From: Mustelus asterias
Lineage: Eukaryota
DNA: 64,000 nucleotides
Assembly: GCF_964213995.1 (NCBI RefSeq)
Contig: NC_135804.1
Location: 68,076,001 to 68,140,000 of the forward strand
Direction of reading: 5' to 3'
Shown: one piece after another, positions 49,801 to 62,324 of the stretch
Position numbering within the stretch: position 1 is the stretch's first letter
Layout of the letters: the number at the start of each line of letters is the position of its first letter
Translations under genes and position numbers: made by a program
Notes under the pieces: model-generated
The model's input: the letters and a program-made list of their open reading frames with translations, nothing else
Databases searched by the model: none
Told to the model about the DNA's origin: nothing

Positions 49801-52800
49801 ATCTGGAAAATTATATTATCCTCCATGTTTCAGCCACGGTGCTCACATTGTCACGTATATGGATGAAAACAAAATCTTGCGGGTGCTGGAAATATGAAAT
49901 GAAAAGCAGTAAATGCAGTATAAATTCATTGGGTCTGGCAGGATCAGTGGAAAGATGCAGAGTTAGCGTCTTGGCTCTAAATAGCCCTTCTGCAGAATAG
50001 TTTTGTAGGATGCTGAGTTTATCCAGCATTTTCCATTTTCATGTCACTTAACCTTACATCCGTAATGCACTTTGAATGAATTGTAGAAATATTAAGCATG
50101 CTTAATCCGTATAACCATTGTGCTTTTATGAAAGAGGATTCTAATTTATTTTCTCAGGACAGCTTGTTCCGATTCATTCTGCAAATGTAAACTCTTAAGA
50201 CATGTCTTTACTGGAAATGTATACATCAACTGCTATTATCATTCTTTCAGGTGGGTTTTGCCCACCGTCCACGATAGCATTGTTTTTCTCCTTTACTTTG
50301 TATTTGTTGACCATTTCTTTTTGCTATATGACATTGGTTTACCTAGCCGCTGTCCTTGCAGGTTGTTGCACCACACTCCCGCCAATGGACGTCTGCCTGT
50401 GTCTGTTATTAAATTTAATAGCCTCCTCATCTTATTTGCTCAAATTGCAAAAGCGGTGCTTCTCCAAACTCACCAGATCACTGCAGCCACACATTTCCCT
50501 AAATCTCTGCTCTGCAACTCCGTCTCCCCTCATCCCTGCTAAAAGTTGATGCCGATAATGGTACATATCAGTGTAGCAGAAGTACAACGCGTGATTTGTC
50601 AGCGCTTAACATGGTTTCTTGTTTTTCTATTTATCATCATCATCAACAGTCTAGAAATCTCGTAGACATCCAAAAGCACCTTAAAATCTTGCCGGCAAAA
50701 GCTCTTGAAAATTCTCCCTCCGTTTATGGTGTGTGTTACCATTCCTGCGTTTGATTTGTGTTATCCTGCAGTCCGCTACTCTCCCTACCTTTGAGAACAA
50801 GTTAGCATCCCCAAAATGTAATCAGTAAAATTCCGATATCAAGTAAAACATTCATCATCATGCTGATGGCTTGCGGGTACTAGTGCAGAGCACTCTCGTG
50901 TCGGATATAAAAACAATGGTGCTTCACCAATTTCTATCATCCATGAATTAGCTGCTGATGTGAAAAGGGAAATTCTTCGTCAGAATTTCATCATGTGAGA
51001 AGAGGGTTTGCGCCTTGCTGCTTGACTCAGTATTACATTTCGTCCATTGTAGCTCAGGAGCTTCACTCTGCCGGGACTGGTACACATGAAGCCAGTCGGC
51101 CGAGGGAGTGCAAAGTTCACCGGCCTCCGTTATTCTATTTTTGAAGTTGTTACGTTCATTGAGCCTGATGTGTTGGTATTTGCTGAATGGGGATTGTGGT
51201 ATTATTAATGACCAGCAAAGCAGAGAACTGGAATAATGTTCCCTGGTAAATTAAGGATAGTCAGCATGGCTTTGTCAGAGGGAAGTCATGCGGAACAAAT
51301 TTGACAGATTTTTTTCGAAAATGTGATCGAGTGTGTGGATGAGGGAAGTGGAGTTGACGTAGTATATATAAATTTCAGCAAAGCCTTTGATACTGTCGAA
51401 AAATGAGAGACTGAATGATAAGCTTGAAGCATATGGAGTTCAGGGGACTTGGCGAGTTGAATCCAAAACTTGTTGCGTAATATTGGACACAACGGGTGAT
51501 GTTGGAAGGCCGCTTAAGTGACTGGAGACAGGTGTCCAGTGGAATATCACAAGGTTCAATGCTGGCTTCCTTATCGTTAAATAAATACATTTTGTAGATG
51601 ATTGTGGCTGGGGTGGGGCACGTTTGCAATGAATACCAAGATTAGTAATGGCGTAAATAGTGAATATGACGGTTATAAGTTACAGAAATAAATAGATAGC
51701 TGGTCACATGGGCAAGCAGTGGCAAATTGTATTTTGATTTGATTTGTTTATTATTGTCACATGTATTAACATATAGTGAAAAGTATTGTTTCTTGCGCGC
51801 TATACAGAAAAAACATACCGTTCATAGAGAAGGAAACGAGAGAGTGCAGAATGTAATGTTACAGTCATAGCTAGGGTGTAGAGAAAGATCAACTTAATTC
51901 GAGGTAAGTCCATTCAAAAGTCTGACAGCAGCAGGGAAGAAGCTGTTCTTGAGTCGGTTGGTACGTGACCTCAGACGTTTGTATCTTTTTCCCGAAGGGA
52001 GAAGGTAGAAGAGAGAATGTCCGGGGTGCGTGGGGTCCTTAATTATGCTGGCTGCTTTGCTGAGGCAGCGGGAAGTGTAGACAGAGTCAATGGATGGGAG
52101 GCTGGTTTGCGTGATGAATTGGGCTACATTCACGACCTTTTGTAGTTTCTTGCGGTGTTGGGCAGAGCAGGAACCTTGCCAAGTTGTGATGCAACCAGAA
52201 AGAATGCTTTCTATGGTGCAGCTGTAAAAGTTGATGAGAGTCGTAGCCTTAGTCTTCTGTGAAAGTATTTAACTCTGATAAGTGAAAGGTGATTCACTTT
52301 GGAAAAAAATAACAAGACAGGGAGCATTTGATGAATGGTAGGACAGTAGGAAACCCAGAGCAACATATATGTTAGGGCACTTATTCACAGATCCCTGAAG
52401 TTGGCAGAAGCAGTTGCATCCCTTGTTGGGCCTTCGGCACAGTCGTGCAAACAAACTCCCCTGAATGTATTTCAGGTAATCCGCCTCCTCCTTGCTTTTA
52501 TTAGTCGTGGCATAGAGCATAAGAGCAATGAGGTAATGCTGGAGCTGTCCAGAACGTCGGTTAGCTCACATCTGGAGTACTATCTGCTGTTCTATTCATC
52601 TCACTGTAGGAAGGATGTGATTGCACTCGGAGAGGTTACATATGAGATTCATGAATATGTTAGTTAGGATGCAGCATTTGACTAGCAAGGAGAGACTGGA
52701 TAGGTTTCGTTTGTTTTCCTTAAAGCAGAAAATGCTGAGCGGGACATCATTGAGGTGTGCAAGATTATGGGGGGTTTGGAAAGGGTGGATAGGAAGTACC

Positions 52801-55800
52801 TCCTCCCCTTGGTTGAGGGTTCAATCAAGAAGTTGCATAGTGTTAGGTTAAGGGGCAGGAGATTCAGTGGGATTTGCAGAATTTTCCCCGAGCGTCCGCT
52901 GGATGTTCGTGCAATCCCGGCTGAGGCCAACCGAGAAGGCCGTTCTCCAATCCTCGCCCGCCCCCGGAATCGGGGCGGGCGTGCCGGTAAAATTCTGGTG
53001 ACCGGAAACTGGGATGAACTGCCTGGGAATGTGATAGAAGACGGAAAGCTTACAACCGTTAACAATTTTTTAGATGAGCACTTGAATCATCATAACACTC
53101 AAGGATATCGGACAAGTGCTTGCAAATTGGATTAGCACGAATTTGGTGATACTTATTGTCGGTGCGGACTCAATGGACCGAAGTGCATTTTCTGCAGTGT
53201 ACAAATCTATGATTTTGTGGCCTGGGTTCGAAACTTGCCACAGCAGTCGTTCAAATTTAAATTAAATAAAACATAAGAAATTAAAAATCTAATGATTACC
53301 ATAAAACCATTCCCCATTGTAATGCAATCCTACCTGGTCAAGCCCTTTCAGGAAGGAAATCTGCCATGCATTGTTGGTGTGGCCTTAACATGATTACGGA
53401 GGCGCAACATTGTAGGTGACTGTGAAATGTCCTCAGGCCAATGGTCATTACGGATGGGCAATAAATATCATTCCAGTTAGTTTTACCCACGTAACATGAA
53501 TTAATAATAAAATGCCTTTTGAAAATTCAGTCAACTTCAGGTGGTTTTCACTGACCATTCCTGTTGTCGACCAAATAATTCAACCAGATTCATCAGGCAC
53601 AATTTCTGCTGTAACATATCTGAATACTTCAGCTCTGATGAAGGCTCCTCCTAACTCGAAACCTTGGCTCTCCAAAGATGTTGTCGGACCTGCTGAAATT
53701 TTCTAGCATTTCCTGTTTTTGTTTCAGATTCCAGCATCCACATTCTTTCAGTTTTATCTGAACATTGCGTCCCTTCTGAACCAATGCCATTCTGGTGGCA
53801 TTTAGCTGACAAATGACCCTGTTATCTTTTACATATTTCGTTTCACTGACTCATAAGTTATCCGACTATTACCATGCAAGCACGCTGGCGTTGCGATCCA
53901 CCGCCCTCATTAATTTATTGTTACTTACTATCCTTGATATTCCAGCAGTTATTTTGTTCGAACGTCTTTGCAACTGTCGTATGGTATGGCATCTCCCATC
54001 CCAGTTTTTGTGAAGGTTTTGAAGTGTCTGAGTGCTTTCGACCGTAACTGAAAATTAATTGTTCCAGTCCAAACTCACCGTAGATGGACCATGGTCTACT
54101 GCATTGCTTATACCATGCTAGAATATACAAAGAGGCCTAAATTTGGGAACTGTTGTTAGCCATTTATTTTTTAAAAAACGAAAACTTCTTCACTCTGCGT
54201 TAGTGGAAGGAAACCGTTCCTCCGATTGATTATTGTCAATTTGATATTTCACACAAAGTAAATGTTTGAAGTCATATACTTCAGCCTTGTTTCACCCAGA
54301 AGCACAGGGACAACCAAAATGCCAATAAGGCCAAGGCACCTTAGCGATAAATGTGTTCTTACACTAATTTTACGAAATCGTCAAATAATCGTCAGCTGGC
54401 CGGGGGGGGCAGTCGGTGTCGAGGTTATGCATCCATTCAATTGATCCGGTTGATGCAGTTTGAATGGCTGTGATTCCAGCAGGAAAGGATCTATTAGGGC
54501 GGTAATGCAATATGTGGGTGATGCGCTGAATTAGATGGCCACGGTCACAAGTCAAACACTTCCATCAACGTATATAGTAGGGGCTTTGACCACACCTTCA
54601 CTGGACAGATATCTATCATCATAGAATCATAGAAACCCTACAGTGCAGAAACAGGCCATTTGGCCCATCGAGTCTGCACCGACCACAATCCCACCCAGGC
54701 CCTACCTCCAAATCCCGACATATTTACCCGTTAATCCCTCTAACCTACGCACCTCAGGACACTAAGGGGCAATTTTAGCATGGCCAATCAACCTAACCCG
54801 CAAATCTTTGGACTGTGGGAGGAAACCGGAGCACCCCGAAGAAGCCCACGCAGACACGAGGAGAATGTGCAAACTCCACACAGACAGTGACCCAAGCCAG
54901 GAATCGAACCCAGGTCACTGGCGCTGTGAAGCAGCAGTGCTAACCGCTGTGCAACCGTGCCGTCCTGGTGCTATCGCTGAAGTGTTGTTCAGATTTTCCG
55001 TGACAGAATCATGGAATTTCGACAGGTATCAGAGTGTGATCAATTGTGTTTGCAATTAAGTCGGAAGTAAGAGTTTCAACATTAATCACTTTGAGCGCAT
55101 GGAATGTGTTCCGGTATGTGCCTGTGTGTTGGTGTGTGTGTCGCTGTGGCGGAAGCATCGGATTTAACACATGTGCGCGTTTGTTTCGGTCCTCTGCCGA
55201 TGGGCTTCGGTCCTCTGCCAATGGGTTTTGTTAGTTGACGATTATTTGTGCTCCGGCGCGTTGTCACAAACGTGTTGCAACAGACTGTTTTCAGGCTATT
55301 TTCTCTCAATGTTCCGGAAATAATCCTCTCGACTTTCGTGAGTATTATATCTACGACATTTGAAATCTCCTGAGTCTGGTTGCGTAGCAGTGCGCTGCTG
55401 CCAGGTAAAATAGGAGGAGTGACGTCGTGCAGAGCGGGTTTAATCTGCAACACGGAGCACCCGGCACACTTGGTTTTGAGATTCGCATTCGCCTTAATAT
55501 TTCCATTAGGTTTCCGAGGTGCTGCCAGTAGTCCAAGAATGATGCAAAGGCATTTTGATCGCGCAGACATGACAAACTGCGGCATCTCCGAAATGATTAA
55601 TCCTCGCACTGTCTTTCTTCATAATATTTATCGGTGGCACTTCTCCCACAAAGTCGTGGTCATTTGTACATACCAACGATTGGACACTGGTTTTCCAGCC
55701 TAAACTACCCCAGAATATCCAAAAAATACACAGCAGAGATTTATTTCCTCTGAAAGCTTATTTCAGATAAGCTGAACTTCAGCGAAAGTGATGCCTATAC

Positions 55801-58800
55801 TATCGCTTCAGCACGAAATCTGAGAAACTCGATAGCCAGGGAAGATCATCATGCCGTGTTCTTTAGCTGATCCTCACCAACCACGAAGTGAGCGAAATGC
55901 ACGATCATTTAGGGCATACCTTCTCTGTTGAACTGGAGAGAGGAGCGCCTCAGGTTCATATGTTTCATTTGAACTCTGCAGATGGTACGATCACCCATTA
56001 CCTACTGATCTCTGCAGCTTCTTGTGGCGGATTTGTTTCATTGGTGCTGTGCCTTATAACTCTGAAGTGGCGTCTGTCAAAGAAAAATGACGGTAAGAAG
56101 TAATATACTCTTTTCGGTTCAAAGAAAATGCGTCTAAGAGCTTCCTGCTATGCGTACAGATCATAGAATCATCAAATCCTTATACGCAGAAGGAGGCTAT
56201 TCGGCCCATCAAGCCCAAACTGACAACAATCCAACTCAGTCCTTATCCCGTAATCCCATGTATTTACTCTGCTGATCCCCCTGATACTAAGGGGCATTTA
56301 GCATAGCCAATCAACCTAACACATATATCTTTCGGAGGGAACCGGAGCTGACTTTAACTGAATAGCAAGAACAATAGTTTGTTGCCTCCCAATGACGGAG
56401 ACATTGCTCAACATAACAGTATAGCCTAGTTTGAAGAACTATTGACACTTCGCAATCAGCTTTGCCCGCTTCATTTACGAAGATGGTAACTGTCCGTTTA
56501 TTGTACATGGTTTCCTACCAGTGTGACGCGAGCTTCGACTTTGTAAAGTGTGTCGGAATGTTTGAGACATGTCCATTAATCCGAAGGGACGTGTGGTCCG
56601 AAGTAGTTTCTAGCAAGCCAATCAGTTAACTGTCTTTGGTGTTACTCAACCTGAGTCATCATCTCCTGAATTTTCCAGTCAATGGCTGATTGTCCACCAG
56701 GCGCCTAAGGAATCCCCTTCCCGAAGGCAAAACATGTCAGAAATCAAATAATTCCTTTCAACAAATATTGATGTCTGTGTAATGTTATTATTTACATTGA
56801 CCTAACCAGATGTGTCTTTTTCGGATGATTAAATGTTTCATTTTAAATGTCATTTGTTTCCAGGAGTGCAAAAGTATGACAAAAGACTCAAATATCTTGA
56901 TCAGCAGGTACGTTTGCACAACTTCGACCTTAATGCAGCTGAACTCTAATCTAGTTAATGGAATGATAATCATGCTTTACCATATTGCTCCGAAGACTTA
57001 TACAACATAATACAGATTTAATTCAGCTCTCATGGAAAGAACACGTGGTAAAATGGAATGTCAAGTGCCCGAGACAGCTTAATTATAACAGCACTGTTCC
57101 TGTCGTTAACATGCTGATTAAAAGTCATTACAATGCAGGCAGTATGTCTTTGCTGGTGTACCATATATTCTCATTATCAAAAGCAGGGAGGAGTGCAGAA
57201 GTATCAAATTTGAAGACCCACCATTATAGTTTGAGATTGAAATTCAGTGCAAACGTGACGGGATTTATTCCAAAAGGTTGCTGAGCTTCGCAGAAAAATG
57301 AATCCACCGTCCTCAAGGTATATGAAACATCTATAACCCCAGTCAACACCGTCGGCTGTGGTCTTAAATCCGCTTGAAGTTTCTTTACAAAGCAGCACAA
57401 CCTGTTTGTTCAAGCAGTAATTAAAAATAATACCGTCCTTTCTGGCCATTCGCATAGTTTCATAATTAACATAACCTTCATCCTAAAGTCACAGGCTGCC
57501 GATGCCAGCATTGCAGTCTGGTGATCCAAATTCTGCCAAACTACAACGGTGGCAAAATAGATGCATTCGCTAAATCGGCAAAAAACCAGGAGATAACTGA
57601 CACGAAATCTTTGTTCCCTTCATTTGCCCCCTTCTATTTCCATAGAATCCAATTAGGAGTTGGATTCATGGCATATTCCTCTGCATGAAAATATATTTCG
57701 TCATGCCAGTGTATACTTTTCAATGTAGCGCAGAAGGTGCTCGTCAAAGCCATATATCTCGGTACATCCCCCCCCCCCCCCCTCTTGTACCCACCTCCTC
57801 TTGCCTCTGAAAGAACACGCTTGTCAGAGATAGAGGGCAAGGGTCATTCACAAGACTGGTTCGGCTCATGGAAGTATATTTGTATCAGGCAATATTGAGC
57901 AGAAAAGTTCCACAATCTCTATATTTTAGAAGATAGCGATGCTCTAGGTAAATTATATCGTTCTTTAGGGACTTGACAGATTTGAAGCGAAGACATGATT
58001 CAGTGGTTAAACATCCAAAATGCGTGTTCATTTTGTCAGGATAAGTATTGACAGAATTCTTCCTCAAATTAAGTATAATTGTGTGCGTTCTCTATATCAG
58101 AAACGTGGATGCACAATTGTTGACTACATTCAACAAATGCGCCGAATACTGCGGTAGTACTATGCGGCTAAATGACAGAGACATCATTCAGATCGTGAAA
58201 AGTTAGCTATATCTTATTCAATCCCGGAAGAGGCTGCAAGAGTAAAATGGCTTACTCCAATGCTTATTTCAAGGTTTCTTGTTGTCTTTCAGTAAATCTG
58301 TTTTCTAGAGTCTTTGGATGGTAATATTTTTTTCATTCTTACCCATAATTCTGAATGTTTACAGCGTCAGATTCAACTCGAAGCGAAAGTATGAAAGAAA
58401 ATCATAGACATAAGTAAACATGTATAGACATAGGTGCTTTATCTTTCAATCCATGCAGGAAGCAACAGATGTGATGACGCCTGGTGCTGCACTAGATATG
58501 AATAATTTCCGGAAGGCACCAAGACCAAAGCATCAAGAAAGGACAGTTTATGCCCAGGTAGATGTGCAAATAGCAATGCTTAGACGCAATCGAACTGTAA
58601 TGGTCAGGCTGGGGGTTCAGTGATTTTCTTTTGCGTGTGCAGTCATCTGGCGGTTTAGCAATAGCTTCCGCAATGCCAAGATGGAATGAAGCCCTCTAAT
58701 TCCTCAGCAGATTTTGTCAGCGAACAGTTTTCAGTGACGTGAATCTTTGATTGGTGTGCTCCACAGCTGCAGTCTTTGTTCCCTGAAATTCACGACTTGA

Positions 58801-59660
58801 GCCGATTTGCTGCACAACAGACTTGGTCATTGCGGAAAATGTTGAGGAGTGTCCAATGTTGCAAAGGGCGGTTAGGTTGTGGGATCTGTGATGGGAATTT
58901 TGTTTTAGTGCTGTTGTATTGGTTCCATTCATGCTGCTACAGGCTCTCTCGTGATATTTATTGGCATTATGGTATTGGTCATGGTGGCTGGTGCGTTTTG
59001 AGAGCAATAAATGTATTGGTAATGTCCTTGTGTAGCAGCTGCTTGGACTGATGTAAACCTTCTCAATGAGCCGTCGTGTTGCAATATCCCTGCTTATCAG
59101 AGGTGGCGCGATATTGATCACGACTGGGAACCAGTGGAGTTGAGTCGATCGGAGGGTAACCAAGTTGATATGCATTGTTATATTCTGCTGGGTATCTTCA
59201 AGATTAATAGAGAATTAATTTTCTATACTGGTGCACAGGACTCTGCAGCCTAATGGACGATGGCAATGGCTGAGATCCTTAAGATTTGTGCATCTGCACC
59301 CCGTGTCAGCCAACAAGTTGGTGAAGAGATTATTTCCAAGTTCATTTGAAATGAAATGAAATGCCTCTACTGCTGCCTTGAAATTGCTGCATTCACAGCA
59401 GTCTTGTGAAGCGCTGTCTATTACAATGTTTTGAGGAACATTAGACTTCAAACATATCGAACTAATGATTTTTTCTAATAATCTTTATACAGACTAAAAC
59501 AATTCCACGGGAAAGTAAGGTGACCTACGCTGCTCTAGCGATGGCAGCCCCAAAGAAAGCAGATAAGCCTGATTATAAGGAGAAGAGTACAGTGTACGTT
59601 CAGATTCGCATGGAAAAGCAGAGAGCAGACGCTGGTTACACGCAACGAAAGGACGAGTAA
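46809..59660 (+). CDS. Gene B: paralogous VJ-C1-TM-ITIM/ITSM IgSF receptor, join(46809..46857,47022..47345,48007..48318,55982..56092,56864..56907,[58459..58557],59493..59660), 368 aa with the bracketed exon and 335 aa without
   Basis: GT-AG introns with compatible phases; frame open throughout; exon-for-exon homology with gene A. Confidence 0.87.
47022..47345 (+). CDS. Gene B exon 2, V-set Ig domain with fused J-like strand
   Basis: VTQLP..GTNVSFHC...QWWK...DAGVYYC...GNGTGSNLTV; tandem acceptor cagtag, donor gtaggt. Confidence 0.95.
48007..48318 (+). CDS. Gene B exon 3, C1-set Ig domain
   Basis: VPPTP...[21 protein letters not shown]...DGLYEASS...YTCLVTH; acceptor tttcatag, donor gtaagc. 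Confidence 0.95.
49860..50050. mobile_element. Decayed inverted pair of Penelope-type pLTR fragments
   Basis: gtgctggaaat...ggtctggcaggatcagtggaaaga (-) facing gatgctgagtttatccagcattttc (+); same family as 53630-53760. Confidence 0.5.
51200..53220 (+). mobile_element. Old CR1 RT region interrupted by a Rex-Babar LINE and a short GC-rich insert (about 52880-53000)
   Basis: QHGFVRGKS, FSKAFD, SGISQGS; then LAFISRGIEHKS, HLEY and WDELP. Confidence 0.8.
51735..52262 (-). mobile_element. Rex-Babar LINE 3' fragment (young)
   Basis: ORF 51894-52133(-) [47 protein letters not shown]. Confidence 0.92.
53630..53760 (+). mobile_element. Penelope-type pLTR fragment with a degenerate hammerhead core
   Basis: tctgatgaagg...ctcgaaac followed by agatgttgtcggacctgctgaaattttctagcatttc. 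Confidence 0.55.
54615..54965 (-). mobile_element. HE1 SINE, full-length and young
   Basis: Complete reverse-complement tRNA head, V core and CR1-like (attctatg)n tail. Confidence 0.92.
55982..56092 (+). CDS. Gene B exon 4, transmembrane segment
   Basis: DGTITHYLLISAASCGGFVSLVLCLITLKWRLSKKND; 111 nt, phase 1-1, donor gtaaga. Confidence 0.88.
56160..56350 (-). mobile_element. HE1 SINE 3' fragment
   Basis: atcatagaatc...ttcggcccatc...ccaatcaacctaac. Confidence 0.7.
56864..56907 (+). CDS. Gene B exon 5, 44-nt cytoplasmic exon GVQKYDKRLKYLDQQ
   Basis: tttgtttccag acceptor, cagcag|gtacgt donor; homologous to gene A exon 5. Confidence 0.87.
58459..58557 (+). CDS. Gene B exon 6a, duplicated signalling exon (can read through to a stop at 58623)
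   Basis: EATDVMTPGAALDMNNFRKAPRPKHQERTVYAQ; phase-0 acceptor ccatgcag; internal donor cag|gtagat. Confidence 0.68.
58630..59460 (-). mobile_element. RTE-clade LINE 3' fragment, decayed
   Basis: LRSTQLHWFPVVINIAPPLISRDIATRRL on the minus strand resembles the RTE C-terminal pattern (LxxTPxxWLPVLxNIAPP). Confidence 0.6.
59493..59660 (+). CDS. Gene B terminal exon 6b, ITIM plus ITSM tail
   Basis: TKTIPRESKVTYAALAMAAPKKADKPDYKEKSTVYVQIRMEKQRADAGYTQRKDE*; phase-0 acceptor ctttatacag; not in the ORF track. Confidence 0.86.
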   Translation, partial: TKTIPRESKVTYAALAMAAPKKADKPDYKEKSTVYVQIRMEKQRADAGYTQRKDE

Positions 59661-61074
59661 TATTCCCATTCACTGCAGAAGCCTCTGTTATTGATACTTA
59701 TAGCGAAGTGAGACCCTATTATGCGAATACCGCGAAATGAGGCAGAGAACGACAGTTCAGAGAAATGCTACAAACCATCATAAAATATGACTCTTTCAGT
59801 AATTTAGGATCAAAAACATGCATTTTCAGTACAGCGAATGAATTCCGCTGTTTCAGTGTGAGGTAAATCTGATCTAATGACTCCTTATAATGCCAGAAAA
59901 CCCGGCTACGAAACTTTCCACCGTTCTACATTGACTTGATAGCCTTATTATTATCTGAAACCTTCTGTGGTCATTGTATCATTAATCTTATCACTCGAAG
60001 TGTAAAGTATTGTCACTGGCCCAAAGCGGGGTTGGGGGTGGGGAGCAGCATGATTAGGGGCGCAACGGAAGGAGATCAAACACTGTTGACTTCCAATAAA
60101 TCACTTACTTTCGGAACTTACTGCGGTAAATATGCTTTGAGTAACATAGCCAACATGAATGCTGCATATGGAGTAAATTCAGTAGATAGTATCAGAACTT
60201 CTTTTTCCTGATCGATCATTTGTGAGTTCGCCAGCTACTCCCAAGATGAAGTGCATTCACATTAAAAGCCCGCTTTAACGTTTAATAAATACACGAGTTT
60301 GGAATTTAAAAGTAAATCAATCAACTATTCGTGTTGTGCTGAACGTCTACGAACTAACCTCAGGACACTCAGGTGCAGGTTACGGTCGCTTCTTCAAGCT
60401 TCATGCATGGTGAGCAATGCCTCAGTGACCCCAGTTGCAGCACTCAGACCAATGAACAGATTCCTAATACATTGTCTATTTTTATAATCTGAAACATTGA
60501 ATATTGTTTAATGTTCAATCTTAAGAACGTATAGGTTTATTCTTTAAAATTTCACCCCGTGCAAGACTGTTATTTCTTCCTGGCAAGAGATTATCTGGCT
60601 TTTCTTGACTCCTCTGATTCAATGTCTGTCCTTCCAACAGCTAGCAATCAAGGCCTTGCGGGAAGTTTCTTGCTGATCTCAGGTCCCTGAAGGAGTTGAA
60701 GGGTCACTGCATTATAAGCAATTGACTAGCACATTCTCCCACGCTAACTTTTGTTAAATCTATTCATTTTCCCAAACAGGTAGCACATGAAAGAATAGAG
60801 ACAAGTAAGCAATACGAGTTCCATTGAAATGCATAGTTAGAGGTTATTTTTTATGGAATGGTTACTCGAAGGGGACTGTCGAACATAAACTAGGTTCCGA
60901 GTGTTTTATTTTCGGAACATGTATTATTGGTAAGATGGGAGATGAGATGATGCACATAAAATTCAAGACTGGCAATTCATCATTACATGCCCGTGATTTT
61001 GCTTTACGTTGTTACTACCAATATAGTCATTGTCATTACGTCCTAACATGGTATGGTTTTCGGAGTTTTATTGC

Positions 61075-61250
61075 CCAATGTTAGCATGACCAATCCACCT
61101 AACCTGCACATATTTGGACAGTGGGAGGAAGCCGGAGCACCCGGTGGAACCCCATGATTAGACCGGTATTAACTCCATTTAGGGAGCAACCCAAGGCCGG
61201 AACCGAACCAATGTCCCTGGCACTGTGAGGCAGCTGTGCCAACCACTTTC
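61075..61250 (-). mobile_element. HE1 SINE 5' fragment
   Basis: ttagcatgaccaatccacctaacctgcac...gtgggaggaagccggagcacccgg...ctgtgaggcagc. Confidence 0.75.
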
Positions 61251-62324
61251 TGCCAGTTCTGCCTAGTTCTGTGAGGCAGCTGTGTCAAAATTGTCTGCCA
61301 CTTCTGCCTGGTTCTGCCAGTTTTACACGAATACTTAATCTGAATGAGAGGAAAAGAAACACTTCTAAATTGAATGTAACTTTTTTTAAACAAACAATGT
61401 TCCACAAACTAGCACATTATAATCCATGTCCCAGCATGAATGCCACACAATTAATAAGTATTTTTGCAGTGTCTTCGTGATGGCTATTCCCATCAGATGC
61501 TTCTGTTGAACCAGCTGTTTTTGATTTCCTACCTTTATTGTTAAAACTTCCCGAATAATAGATAAAAGCTGCTTCTGATGCCAGGCAATCTGGTTTGTAG
61601 GTGTCTATTTACTCTTTCTCCTTTCTTGAATAGCGCTCTAATATTGCTATTTTCCAATTTAGTGGATCGGTTTTAGAAATGCTGCATTATTGGATCATTA
61701 TAGTCGGTCCATCATTTTCCCTATACTTATCTCGATTCGAAAAAGTTTTTTAAAGTTATTTAAAGTTATGTGAGGCAGCAGTGTGTGCCCGTGCTGCTGC
61801 ATACAACTGTATGAACATCAGAGGCCTTTACAGTGTCGATCAAAATGGTGACCTGAAAATAAGCCATCGAAGGTAAAGTTGAAGCCAAATGATGGAACGA
61901 CGTTCACCCCAAAGAGGACAAACTAAGATGAAGGCAAATGAAATCTGAAAACAAAAGATCTATGGTTCCAGATAGTAGACAAGAAGCAAACGTCACTCAG
62001 TTAAGTTGAAATAATAGACTTTTGGACTCGTAAACCTTCATGAACCAGAAGTTATTTGCAGTGTTTCGCATGGCATCAAGCAATTCACTGCTGAATGCAC
62101 CTTGCCAAATTATGCTTCCACAGCTCATCAATGTATTCCTGATCAGTACCATCTTGCAGCAAATAAATGTGAGTCCAATTCTGCCCCTTTCGACGAGAGT
62201 TCCAGATGCTCCCAAAAGCAGCCGAAAAACAAGGTAGAGTATCTTGAAAATATGATAATTCGCAAGGAAGTGTCAACGCCTAAAGATGGCTTTAGCAGCA
62301 TGGGTTGAGTGTGGTGGAAATACT

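Noticed and set aside
55082-55703. Overlapping 175-aa and 107-aa ORFs in a gene B intron, with a 21-bp tandem duplication at about 55185-55226
   Set aside because: No recognisable domain or compatible splice sites; likely chance ORFs in CpG-richer intron sequence
21502-59660. Calling the genes TCR, IgL, IgNAR or NKp30 (NCR3)
   Set aside because: There are no RSS or separate J segments, no charged TM residue, and the tails are long and ITIM-bearing; NKp30 lacks a C1 domain. Gene symbols were left blank because orthology to SIRPA cannot be shown here
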